From assembly GCA_903959815.1 (NCBI GenBank), contig CAJBYM010000022.1, forward strand, positions 1 through 56,043: 56,043 nt of DNA, given 5' to 3'. Below, piece after piece: positions 1 through 8,667 of the stretch. Within the stretch, counting starts at the first letter, position 1, and every line of letters begins with the position of its first letter. Made by a program: the position numbers and the translations under genes. The stretch comes from Candidatus Omnitrophota bacterium. Its GTDB lineage: Bacteria > Omnitrophota > Gorgyraeia > Zapsychrales > Fredricksoniimonadaceae. The notes under the pieces were generated by a model. The model made no database searches and was not told the origin of the DNA. It worked only from the letters and a program-made list of their open reading frames with translations.

Positions 1-3000
1 TCACCCACGGCATCACCCAACGTCACAGTCCCTGTATTAAGGAATGTCGTTGTACCCGCGATGCTGTTAACGCCACCCGTGATCGACACGTTGTACGCAC
101 CATTCGCCGCAACGGTCATGCCGGTCGTAACCGTCAGATTATCTGCAAACGCAACCGTGGCTGCATCAGCGGTATCTGTGATCGTCATAGTATTGACATT
201 CACCGTGCTGGAAAACGTAGTGCCCGCACTCTGAGTAATTGTAACCGTACCTATATCTGTTCCGACCGCACCTGACACTGTAACGGCACCCGTCGTATTG
301 ATCACAAGATCAGATACAGCCCCACCCGCCGTCCCCGTAATGGCCGCCAGAGAGATCGGCGTAGCCGCACCAGCACCAACTGTTAAGGTCACCCCATCCA
401 ATAATGCCGCATTCGATAACGTAATAAGACCTGTCGATGTTCCACCCACTGTCGATGAAGCCGCAACATTGAGCGTATTGCCACCGCCCAAGTTAAGAAC
501 GCCGACACCTGCTGCCGTCACCGTAACCCCGCCCAAAATACGGGTCGTTGGAGCTGTTGCGATCAAACCGCCTGTAAAATTGATTGTGTCACCACCATTA
601 CCCAGCGTAAGCGTGCCCGTATTGCTGAACGTCGTCACACCGGCGATCGTGTTCGTACCGCCCGTGAAGGAAACATTGTAATCCTGTACGGCTGTACTCA
701 ATGCCGTTGTAATGGACGTATCCCCCTGGAACGCCACCGTACCGACCGTATCCGTCAATGTGACCGTAGTCGCCGACACAGCCGAAGTAAATGTCGTGGA
801 CAAACTCTGCGTGATGGTGATGGCCAAAGGATCAGACCCACCCACGGCCCCACTCACATTGATCGTACCCGCTGTCCCTGAATTAAGGATCAGCGTTTCC
901 GTAGAATTTCCCGCCGTCCCGTTGATCGAGCCGATCGAAATATTCGCACCGACCGCCGAAACAGTACTCACCGTATACGGCACTCCGCCATTCTCTTCCA
1001 CGACCATGTTCCCGAACGAAATGCTCTTGTCATTATTCGTCACATTGCCCCTGAGATTGACCACGCTGGAGGTCAGGAACGAAAGAGGTGCCGTGATACT
1101 AAGGTTCCCGACATAAACAATACCGGCCGCAGCACTGCCGATATAAAGCGTTCCCGTCGGAATCATATAATTCAACTCGACCTGGGTCAAAGAAAGCGTT
1201 CCCGTCGCTGTATTGACCGCGACAGTATTGCCTGCTGTCAACGGACGAAGCGTAATATTCCCTGCATATAAACTTACACCCAATGTCATGCTATCAGCTG
1301 AAAAGATCACATTGCCCGTTGTCGTAAAGTCATTGCCGCCAGTTATCAATGTACCCAGCGTTTTAAACTCGAAATTTTTCGCACCTTGGGTCAATGCTTC
1401 ATTGGTGCCGATCCAAATACCACCGGTCTGGGTATCGCCGCCAATGATAATGTTCCCGGCTGTAATACCATCCAATTGCGCATCTGTAATGTTCCATGTC
1501 CGCCCTGTATCCCCGACACCAATGGTCGTTGTAATGATAGATGGGGTCAGTGTAACAGTGGCCGCCCCGGCATTGATCGCGCCGTTCATGGTCAAAGTAG
1601 CGCCTTTTAACGTGATCGCATTCCCGTTGGAATTCAAAGCAGCAACGGTAAGACTCCCCCCGTTACCATCAGAATCCGCATTAAGGTACATGGCCCCGGT
1701 AGATGTCACCGTATTTCCCAGATTAATGACATCCTGAGCATCCATCCGCAACGTCCCTGTCGTTGTGATCGTATTTGTCGCAACAATATCACCCGTTCCT
1801 GTTGTTGTTAGCTGGATATTATTAGCGCCGAAACTGACCGCACCATCGGCTCCAAGAAGAATCCCCCCGGTATTCGAAACTGTGCCCAAATAAAGCATAG
1901 TCGTGGCATGCAGGAAATTGAGCTCGTTCTGATCAAGATTGGTCGTACTTCCCCCATTATTCATGATCCCTAAAACCCCGGCTGCCGAATAAGTATCGAT
2001 CGTGATATTATTCGCATTGATAGCTGCGCCGACATTAATACTATCCGTAGAAATAGTCACATTTCCACCTGCGGTGATTCCGGAACCCGCAATCGTCGTG
2101 CCATTAGCGGCTGTAATAGAAACATTCTGGTTGATCGAAAGCTGCCCCGATGCCCCCATACCAAAAGTAGCACCTGCCCCATTAACCGTGAACCCGTTAC
2201 TGTTCGACTGAACCAGTCCATTAATGGTCACATTCCCGGCATTGCCCACATTTTGCAACAAAACACCACCAGGAGCCGTAATATTACCCACCGTAATATT
2301 CGCCCCATTGATCGTTAAAAGACCGGTGCCTGCAAGAATGGAATCACCCGCCTGCATAGAAAAATCACCCGTTGTAATGCCGTCCCAGTTAGCAAGGAAA
2401 GAAACTGTTGTATTATCTGAAAGATTCAGCGATCCCCCTCCCAGGTTATTGATCGTGATCCCATCAACAGCCACAATATAAATGCTCCCGCCTACCAGCG
2501 CTTCAAGCGCGTTCTCCGATATATAATATGTACCCGCGCCCTGGGCACTATTATCAGGTATCGTACCAGCAGGAGCTGACCCACCCGCCCCTGCTTCAAT
2601 GATCACCGTCGTGGGGTCAAGCAAAAGCGTTCCATCGATCCCGTTAGAAGCGGCTGTATCTACAAAACCATAGAATCCAAGATTCTGTTTACCGGAAACT
2701 TCAACAAAACCACCATTCCCCGAAACAGCCCCACCCGTAACACTGATGGTCCCGGCAAAAGATGTCGTGCCATCAGCCCAAAGGATGACCTTGCCGCCAT
2801 TACCTGTCACAAGAGCATTAGCCGTGATCGATGATCCGCTGGACACGAATGTGACCTGGGAATTGAACACGCCCGCATTCTTACCCTGGTAATCGCCGCC
2901 AATGAGTACCGTGCCGCCACCCGCATAACCAGACGCATTGATCTGACTGTTACCCACAAGGGCTGCTGTATTTCCAAGGACCTGAACAGTGCCGCCCGTC

Positions 3001-3845
3001 TGTCCCACCGCGTTACCAGAAACATTGATAGTCCCTGTATTGAGAGCCATACCCTCAGACCCTACAAGACGAATGAGACCGCCTTCGACAACGATCCCGT
3101 TTGCCGGCACAACAGCTTCCGTATTCACGACCTGCTTAACAATATCCGAAACCTGATCTGCGCGAACAATAACACCAGCTCCTGGATTAGCAACTCCGCC
3201 GACCGCAAAGTTAACCAAACCCGCCGCATCAAAACTGAGCGTTCCCTGCGACGTACCCGCAATGGTAACAGAACCTGCCAAAGCCGTAATCGTACCTTCA
3301 TTGATAACCAAAGGCGCGGCCAAAACTACATAACCGTTGACACCTGACGCCGTAATATTTCCCTGATTGATAATATATGATGGAGCAATACCATTTTGAC
3401 TAGAGAACTGATAATTACCTGAAAGAAAATTACTGTTGGACATGTCCAACGTAGAGGCCATAAAACTACCCGTATCCACCACAGACCCCGGGCCAAAGAA
3501 AATGCCATTAGGATTGACCAAAAACACACGGCCATTCGAGAACAAACTGCCCAATATAGAAGAAGGATCCCCGCCAATGATCCTGTTAAGAACCACAGAA
3601 TCCGCCCCTGGCTGATAAAACGTCACCGTTTCAGGCTGGCCAATATTAAAACTGTTATAGTTGATGATCGTATTATCACCTACTGTGATCCCCAGCTGAT
3701 TAGCCTGGGACCAGTCAAAGGTACCATCCCCTTCTACAACCACGCCACCTTCCGGTAATGCATAAGCTGTGTAGTGAAAGAAAGGCGACCCCAAGGTCAG
3801 CGCCAGGACCAGGATAACTGACATTATTTGCTTGAAAGTTCTCAT
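1..3845 (-). CDS. Two-partner-secretion exoprotein (TpsA, filamentous-haemagglutinin/ShlA-like); the C-terminal part runs off the left edge (partial)
   Basis: Absent from the supplied track because its stop lies beyond position 1. ATG at 3845-3843 with AAGGAG 7 nt upstream. My translation gives MRTFKQIMSVILVLALTLG (signal peptide), then VVLNRIIGGDPSSILGSLFSNGRVFLVNPNGIFFGPGS (NPNG motif of the TPS/haemagglutination-activity domain), then GGFVEVSGKQNLGFYGFVDTAASNGIDGTLLLDP. The rest is G/T/N/V/I-rich beta-helix-type repeats. The long P/V/T-rich plus-strand ORFs at 298-2481 are its antisense shadows. It starts 20 nt downstream of tpsB. Confidence 0.85.
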   Translation of the reverse strand, partial: MRTFKQIMSVILVLALTLGSPFFHYTAYALPEGGVVVEGDGTFDWSQANQLGITVGDNTIINYNSFNIGQPETVTFYQPGADSVVLNRIIGGDPSSILGSLFSNGRVFLVNPNGIFFGPGSVVDTGSFMASTLDMSNSNFLSGNYQFSSQNGIAPSYIINQGNITASGVNGYVVLAAPLVINEGTITALAGSVTIAGTSQGTLSFDAAGLVNFAVGGVANPGAGVIVRADQVSDIVKQVVNTEAVVPANGIVVEGGLIRLVGSEGMALNTGTINVSGNAVGQTGGTVQVLGNTAALVGNSQINASGYAGGGTVLIGGDYQGKNAGVFNSQVTFVSSGSSITANALVTGNGGKVILWADGTTSFAGTISVTGGAVSGNGGFVEVSGKQNLGFYGFVDTAASNGIDGTLLLDPTTVIIEAGAGGSAPAGTIPDNSAQGAGTYYISENALEALVGGSIYIVAVDGITINNLGGGSLNLSDNTTVSFLANWDGITTGDFSMQAGDSILAGTGLLTINGANITVGNITAPGGVLLQNVGNAGNVTINGLVQSNSNGFTVNGAGATFGMGASGQLSINQNVSITAANGTTIAGSGITAGGNVTISTDSINVGAAINANNITIDTYSAAGVLGIMNNGGSTTNLDQNELNFLHATTMLYLGTVSNTGGILLGADGAVSFGANNIQLTTTGTGDIVATNTITTTGTLRMDAQDVINLGNTVTSTGAMYLNADSDGNGGSLTVAALNSNGNAITLKGATLTMNGAINAGAATVTLTPSIITTTIGVGDTGRTWNITDAQLDGITAGNIIIGGDTQTGGIWIGTNEALTQGAKNFEFKTLGTLITGGNDFTTTGNVIFSADSMTLGVSLYAGNITLRPLTAGNTVAVNTATGTLSLTQVELNYMIPTGTLYIGSAAAGIVYVGNLSITAPLSFLTSSVVNLRGNVTNNDKSISFGNMVVEENGGVPYTVSTVSAVGANISIGSINGTAGNSTETLILNSGTAGTINVSGAVGGSDPLAITITQSLSTTFTSAVSATTVTLTDTVGTVAFQGDTSITTALSTAVQDYNVSFTGGTNTIAGVTTFSNTGTLTLGNGGDTINFTGGLIATAPTTRILGGVTVTAAGVGVLNLGGGNTLNVAASSTVGGTSTGLITLSNAALLDGVTLTVGAGAATPISLAAITGTAGGAVSDLVINTTGAVTVSGAVGTDIGTVTITQSAGTTFSSTVNVNTMTITDTADAATVAFADNLTVTTGMTVAANGAYNVSITGGVNSIAGTTTFLNTGTVTLGDAVG

Positions 3846-3865
3846 CGCGGATCTCCTTTATAAAA

Positions 3866-5584
3866 TTAAAACTTTTTAGAAACCTGCAAATATGTCACAA
3901 CCTTATCCCCGGTAGACGACTTGTCTCCGGCCACAGGAAGACCAAAATCAAGCTTGACGTTCAGGTCCCTGCCAAAATCAAATCTAAACCCAAAACCCGC
4001 ACCTGCAATATCAGAATGTTTACGCTCTCCGACCTGAGGCTTCTTTAAGTAAACTTTGCCATAATCATAAAAACCGACGATCCTCATGAAATCCTTGATC
4101 TCTTTCTTCACGAACGGAACTTTATAATCACCCAAAAACGGGACCGGAATATTCAACTCCGCGTTGAAGACCTCACCCGTATCACCCAAGTGTTCTGCCT
4201 GTGCGTACCCGCGAACTGTATCCGCGCCACCAATAGCGATCTGCTCAGAAACCGGTAAAGAATTATTTGCAGCCTGGACAGATCCTTTGAGCATCAACAT
4301 ACTGTTAAGCGGTAATTTTTGATAACGGGCAAACTCCAAATTACTCTTAATGAAGTTCCCGCCGACGCCCACACGCGACATGCCCAGATCATCATGCTTC
4401 GACCCGCCCATAAAATTCGAAAGGGCCTGGGAAGCGCTAAGAGCAAAATAATTCCTGCCCATAAAACGCGTATCTAAATTATTGCCTGTTAACCCGAGCT
4501 TAACGATCCTCAACTTATCTTCACTGCTAACGCTGCCCAAAAGATAATTCGTCGCCGTCTTATAATCAAAGCCAAGCGAAACATCCAAAGCTGATGTCAG
4601 AGTTCTTTGCAAAGGCTGCGCCACCAAAAAACTGATCATTTCTGAATCACCACGCGCGTTAAGCCGGCGAAATTCTCTTTGCACATCAAACTTTGACTTT
4701 GTATACGAAACCCCGACCTTAGTATCATACGCATTGATCGGCGTAGAATACCCAACACTCCCATACGTCAAAGCATTTAAAGAGATACCCGACACCCCAT
4801 TTAACGTAACCTTATCACCACCTAAAAACAAATTAGAATACTCCATTCCCAGGCCAAAATGTTCCCTGGAAACATAACGGGAACCATAATTGTCATAATT
4901 CGCCGTGAAATGCAAAGGACGCTTATCTTCAACTTTCAAGAGCACATCAACGGTGTAAGGCTCTTTACCCTTTTGCATAACCGCTTTTACACTAAGATCA
5001 GGATATTCGTTAAGAAGAATGAGCGCTTTAAAAAGACGGTGGTAATTAACAACACCGTTTGCGGAACAGGCGAAATGACCTTTAATAAAATTCGCTGTGT
5101 AAAATTTGCCGCCCTCAATGACCACTTCACCCAATTTCCCTTCAACAACAACAATATTAACCACGCCATTAGCAATATCTTGGGCCGGAAGAATGGCGCG
5201 CGTCAAAAAGAAACCCTTCTCTATATAATATTCATTGATCAAACGAAGGGCATCCTGCAGATCTTTGAAATGAACGGGCTTATGCACATACTTGGCCACA
5301 ACCTTCTTAAGCACAGAACTTTTAAAGATTGTATTGCCCGTAAATTCAAATGCACTGACCGTAATCTCTTTACCTTCATCTAAAAGAAGATCAGTCTTGG
5401 GATAATCCAATTCTTGAAAGATGTTCCTTTTTTCTGTTGTGGCTGGAATTGCTTCGGGCTGGGTAAGACTTCTTTCAACAACACCTGACTTTGCGCTGCC
5501 AGGGACTTCTTGTGCTAAAGCTAATGTTGTTATTGAGAACGCACAAAAGATCGCTACGAACAGAACTTTTGGTTTAAAGCCCAT
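3866..5584 (-). CDS. TpsB outer-membrane transporter (ShlB/FhaC/HecB family, POTRA + beta-barrel)
   Basis: 572-aa ORF with ATG at 5584 and a GGAGGT SD. Signal peptide MGFKPKVLFVAIFCAFSITTLALA. POTRA-type segment FEFTGNTIFKSSVLKKVVAKYVHKPVHFKDLQDALRLINEYYIEKGFFLTRAILPAQDIANGVVNIVVVEGKLGEVVIEG is typical of ShlB-type transporters. The C-terminus is beta-strand-like and ends in F. It lies immediately upstream of tpsA. Confidence 0.85.
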   Translation of the reverse strand: MGFKPKVLFVAIFCAFSITTLALAQEVPGSAKSGVVERSLTQPEAIPATTEKRNIFQELDYPKTDLLLDEGKEITVSAFEFTGNTIFKSSVLKKVVAKYVHKPVHFKDLQDALRLINEYYIEKGFFLTRAILPAQDIANGVVNIVVVEGKLGEVVIEGGKFYTANFIKGHFACSANGVVNYHRLFKALILLNEYPDLSVKAVMQKGKEPYTVDVLLKVEDKRPLHFTANYDNYGSRYVSREHFGLGMEYSNLFLGGDKVTLNGVSGISLNALTYGSVGYSTPINAYDTKVGVSYTKSKFDVQREFRRLNARGDSEMISFLVAQPLQRTLTSALDVSLGFDYKTATNYLLGSVSSEDKLRIVKLGLTGNNLDTRFMGRNYFALSASQALSNFMGGSKHDDLGMSRVGVGGNFIKSNLEFARYQKLPLNSMLMLKGSVQAANNSLPVSEQIAIGGADTVRGYAQAEHLGDTGEVFNAELNIPVPFLGDYKVPFVKKEIKDFMRIVGFYDYGKVYLKKPQVGERKHSDIAGAGFGFRFDFGRDLNVKLDFGLPVAGDKSSTGDKVVTYLQVSKKF

Positions 5585-6187
5585 TTCCTACCTCCGCTTA
5601 TAGTAAAATTCTTTACGACCGCTTGAACTTCTATCTGCTTTTATAACTAAACTTTTGATATCTTAGCATTTTCTCGAAAAAATCAAAATGATTTTTTATC
5701 ACACGACCCGGCACAAAACATTAAATCGCTGCTATCGACGATAAAGTCTATAAGTCCAACAAATACAATCATTTTCATTTCAACGAAATTCAGGAAAACG
5801 CTTTCTTGGAAGATAAGAAATCTCTACTTTATCGGGTATTTCATAATAAGAAGGGCGCATAAATAATCGAACCCGAAGGCCCATAATGGGTCCCCGGGTT
5901 TGAATTGGTATCAAATATGCACAGGGCGGAAAACCGAGCCGCAAAATACTTAATTAGGATTTAGCGCCCTCCAGTCGCTTCGCTCCTTTCGGGTCGGCCA
6001 TTTAAGGACTGGATCATACGAGGGAGGGAAACTTGCCTGTGTTCCGGATGGCAAGTTCCCCGAGCTATCCGGTGGATTTATGAGGAGAAAAAAGTTTAAA
6101 TCTTGCTTTTAAACTTTTTTCGACGAATAAAGACACGGACTCTGGAAAGAATTCTTTCCAGAGTCCATTGTTTCTTTCCGAATAAGC

Positions 6188-6222
6188 AAAAAAGCCCTTC
6201 CATTTCTGGTAAAGGCTTTTTT
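6188..6222 (-). terminator. Weak intrinsic terminator-like hairpin downstream of tRNA-Ser
   Basis: A6 (6188-6193), 6-bp stem GCCCTT/AAAGGC (G-U wobble on the minus-strand RNA), 11-nt loop, T6 (6217-6222). On the minus strand the hairpin is followed by TTTTTTGC. Confidence 0.35.
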
Positions 6223-6240
6223 GCGATGAGGAAGAAACAA

Positions 6241-6329
6241 CGGAGAGGGAGGGATTTGAACCCTCGGACCCAGTCTCCCAGGTCAACTTCTTAGCAGGAA
6301 GTTGCAATCGGCCACTCTGCCACCTCTCC
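6241..6329 (-). tRNA. tRNA-Ser (anticodon GCU), class II with long variable arm
   Basis: Reverse complement reads GGAGAGG-T-GGCAGAGTGGCCGATTGC-AACTTCCTGCTAAGAAGTT-GACCTGGGAGACTGGGTC-CGAGGGTTCAAATCCCTC-CCTCTCC-G. It has a 7-bp acceptor stem, anticodon loop CTGCTAA and T-loop TTCAAAT. No CCA is encoded. Confidence 0.9.
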
Positions 6330-6419
6330 AAAAAACGCTCCGCGTTTTTTGGAGACATCCAATGGGCACGACAAACCAACAGTTTGACGGGCCATCGGAT
6401 ATTCCTTTAACGCGAAAAA

Positions 6420-6887
6420 TCACTTCTTTCTTTTCTTCTTAAAGAACTCGCTCATCACGGCACCGCATTCGTCTTTAAGCAATCCCCCTTCGATCTCGAC
6501 CTGATGGTTCAAGATCTTGTTCCCAGGGATATTGATAACAGACCCGCACGCCCCTGTCTTGGGCGCTTTAGCACCGAAAAATACTTTTTTCAAACGCGCC
6601 AAAACCAAAGCTCCAGCGCACATCGAACAAGGCTCGATTGTAACATACATGACACAATCCTGCAACCACTTGGAAGCAAGAAAATTCGAGGCCTGGGTGA
6701 TCGCGATCATCTCCGCATGGGCGGTAGGATCTTTAAGAAGCTCGACTTGATCATACGCACGGCCGATGACCTGCGTACCATGAACAATAACCGCCCCTAC
6801 CGGCACTTCATCTCTGGAAATGGCCAAACGGGCCTGCTTTAAGGCCTCGCGCATCATGGCTTCATGAAATGTGTAGTCTGGGAGCAT
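6420..6887 (-). CDS. tadA: tRNA-specific adenosine-34 deaminase
   Basis: CMP/dCMP-type zinc deaminase motifs HAEMIAI and PCSMCAGAL, with EVPVGAVIV near the N-terminus. The track ORF extends to 6932; I prefer the ATG at 6887 (MLPDYTFHEAMMREAL...), but the start is uncertain. Confidence 0.85.
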   Translation of the reverse strand: MLPDYTFHEAMMREALKQARLAISRDEVPVGAVIVHGTQVIGRAYDQVELLKDPTAHAEMIAITQASNFLASKWLQDCVMYVTIEPCSMCAGALVLARLKKVFFGAKAPKTGACGSVINIPGNKILNHQVEIEGGLLKDECGAVMSEFFKKKRKK

Positions 6888-7012
6888 ATAAAGTAAAATG
6901 TCCGCCCTACAGAATAATGCAAGACGGACCAATTAAAACACCAGAGGCTCGGGCGACTGTTAGTCGCCAACGCAGCCTCGGAAGTATTTTTTCAAGAATC
7001 CTTGAAAAAATA

Positions 7013-7086
7013 CGCGCCCGACAGGAGTCGAACCTGTAACCTTCTGATCCGTAGTCAAATGCTCTATCCAATTGAGCTACGGGCGC
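7013..7086 (-). tRNA. tRNA-Arg (anticodon ACG)
   Basis: Reverse complement reads GCGCCCG-TA-GCTC-AATTGGATA-GAGC-A-TTTGA-CTACGGA-TCAGA-AGGTT-ACAGG-TTCGACT-CCTGT-CGGGCGC-G. This is a canonical cloverleaf with anticodon ACG. Confidence 0.9.
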
Positions 7087-7245
7087 AAAATACCACAATA
7101 TTTTTACAGAACATTTTTGCGCCAGGACCGAAGCCCAACAGGCTGAGGCCAGGCGCTAAAAAGACATATGCTTTTCTAAAGAACGAATAACGTTGGACAA
7201 TTCTACACAAAATCAGGCTTCTGACAAGGGGAAACTTAAATACAC

Positions 7246-8628
7246 TTAGAGCTTCTCGACATCCTTAAGAAGCTGCTTGCGATTAAGCCCGATGCGATTC
7301 ATGGCATCAGAAGAATCCAAACGGTACGCCCGGCAAAATGTGGTCACATCCTTGAGCGTATGAATACCACGGCTGTGAAGCTGTTTTAAGACAATAGCGC
7401 GCACGATCGTTTCGTTAATGATCTCACGCGGCGTCAACCCCGCCTCACGGGCCAATCTGTCACGGTAGATCGTGCTGGGCGACATCATGATCACGCGATT
7501 CTGCTCATAATTATACTTGTAAACCGGCGAAAGCAGGATCTTCTTCTGCTCCATCCCGCCTGTTTCACTGACTTCATCGACGACACGAAAAACCTTGTCT
7601 TCAATATGGAATCTTTTTAAAACAACGAACACATCAATAAGATTCACCAGCATCTCGGGAATATTCATCGGATCATTCTGAAGACGAATGATCGCCTCAC
7701 GCGACGTAAGGGCATGGATCGTACATATGCAATACTTACCCACATTCATGGCCGTGATCATATCACGCGCCTCAATGCCACGGACTTCACCGATGACAAT
7801 ACGCTCCGGGCGCATGCGCAAGCTATTTTTCACCAGATCAGCCAGCGAAAGCTCATCATCACTTTCCAAACGAGACACCGTATCCAACAAAAAGGTATTA
7901 AGCTCCAGCGTATCTTCAATGATAACCGTATGATCTTTTTCAGGAAAGAAACTAAAAAGAGCATTCAAAAGAGTTGTCTTCCCTGTTCCAGGACCACCCG
8001 CTAACATAATATTCGCAGGGCGAATGGACAACCCATCCACATAAACCCATAGCTGGGCCGCCACTTCATACGTCATACTACCACGGGCTACAAGATCCAA
8101 AATGCTAATAGGGTCAACCTTGGCCTTGGTGATCGTGATCTGAGCTCCGAAAGGCGATGTGATGATATTCGCACGTCCACCCAGATTGGAAAGCTCAAGG
8201 TCAATGATGCGGTTCATGCTGTCACGATTGGAGAAAACCAGAAGCTTCTTGATAAAGATATCGAGTTCGCGAATATGCTCAAATCTCTTGCCCGTATCAA
8301 CAAAGCCCTTCTCGCTGTGATGAATAAAAATAGGCTGCAACCCGTGGATCACAATATCTTCTACATCGCTGTCACACAAAAGCCCTTCGATGACACCATA
8401 AGAAAGAAATTCCCTGACAAAACTGGCCTTGCTCTCAGGCTTAGGAAATTCACTGTCAAAACGACGTGCCTTGTCATTGGCCAAGACGCTTTCCAAAGCA
8501 GCTGCAGCGATCTCCTCACGGTCATGGTCAGGTTGCAAGACCTGTAAACGACCTTTAAGCTTATCGAGCAGCTGATCTTCAAGTTCTAAACGGATATTTT
8601 TATTCATAACTGTAGGATAATTTAACAC
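7246..8628 (-). CDS. Type II/IV secretion-system family ATPase (CpaF/TadA/FlaI-like hexameric ATPase)
   Basis: Walker A GGPGTGKTTLLNAL, Walker B/Asp box TVIIEDTLEL, and ERIVIGEVRGIEARDMITAMNVG...CTIHA (His box). The track start at 8628 is GTG and an ATG lies at 8607; neither has a clear SD. Confidence 0.75.
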   Translation of the reverse strand: MLNYPTVMNKNIRLELEDQLLDKLKGRLQVLQPDHDREEIAAAALESVLANDKARRFDSEFPKPESKASFVREFLSYGVIEGLLCDSDVEDIVIHGLQPIFIHHSEKGFVDTGKRFEHIRELDIFIKKLLVFSNRDSMNRIIDLELSNLGGRANIITSPFGAQITITKAKVDPISILDLVARGSMTYEVAAQLWVYVDGLSIRPANIMLAGGPGTGKTTLLNALFSFFPEKDHTVIIEDTLELNTFLLDTVSRLESDDELSLADLVKNSLRMRPERIVIGEVRGIEARDMITAMNVGKYCICTIHALTSREAIIRLQNDPMNIPEMLVNLIDVFVVLKRFHIEDKVFRVVDEVSETGGMEQKKILLSPVYKYNYEQNRVIMMSPSTIYRDRLAREAGLTPREIINETIVRAIVLKQLHSRGIHTLKDVTTFCRAYRLDSSDAMNRIGLNRKQLLKDVEKL

Positions 8629-8667
8629 TTTAAAAAAGCGATGTAAACCGGAATGTTAAAAAATACC

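Noticed and set aside
298-2481. Series of plus-strand ORFs (127-174 aa) with P/V/T/A-rich translations
   Set aside because: They are low-complexity antisense shadows of the minus-strand tpsA ORF, which has a clear TPS domain and beta-helix repeats. They have no RBS or motifs.
6016-6037. 10-nt match (GAGGGAGGGA) to the 3' end of tRNA-Ser, about 210 nt downstream of the tRNA, considered as an att-like island boundary for the TPS locus
   Set aside because: The match is too short and it lies between the tRNA and tpsB, so it would delimit only ~200 nt. No integrase or second repeat flanks the TPS genes within the window.
5604-6240. Possible tmRNA, RNase P RNA, SRP RNA or 6S RNA in the long spacer (and likewise in 33100-33320)
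   Set aside because: I looked for hallmark strings on both strands and found none: the GGAAGGAAGCAGC-type SRP helix 8, the GAGGAAAGTCC RNase P P4 element, and a tRNA-like 3' end with a tag ORF. The regions remain unassigned rather than called.
6065-6379. ORFs 6065-6379 (-) and 6103-6294 (+)
   Set aside because: They overlap tRNA-Ser(GCU) and its terminator hairpin, have no SD and have no recognisable protein features.
6907-7190. ORFs 6907-7098 (-) and 7002-7190 (+)
   Set aside because: They overlap tRNA-Arg(ACG) and are spurious.
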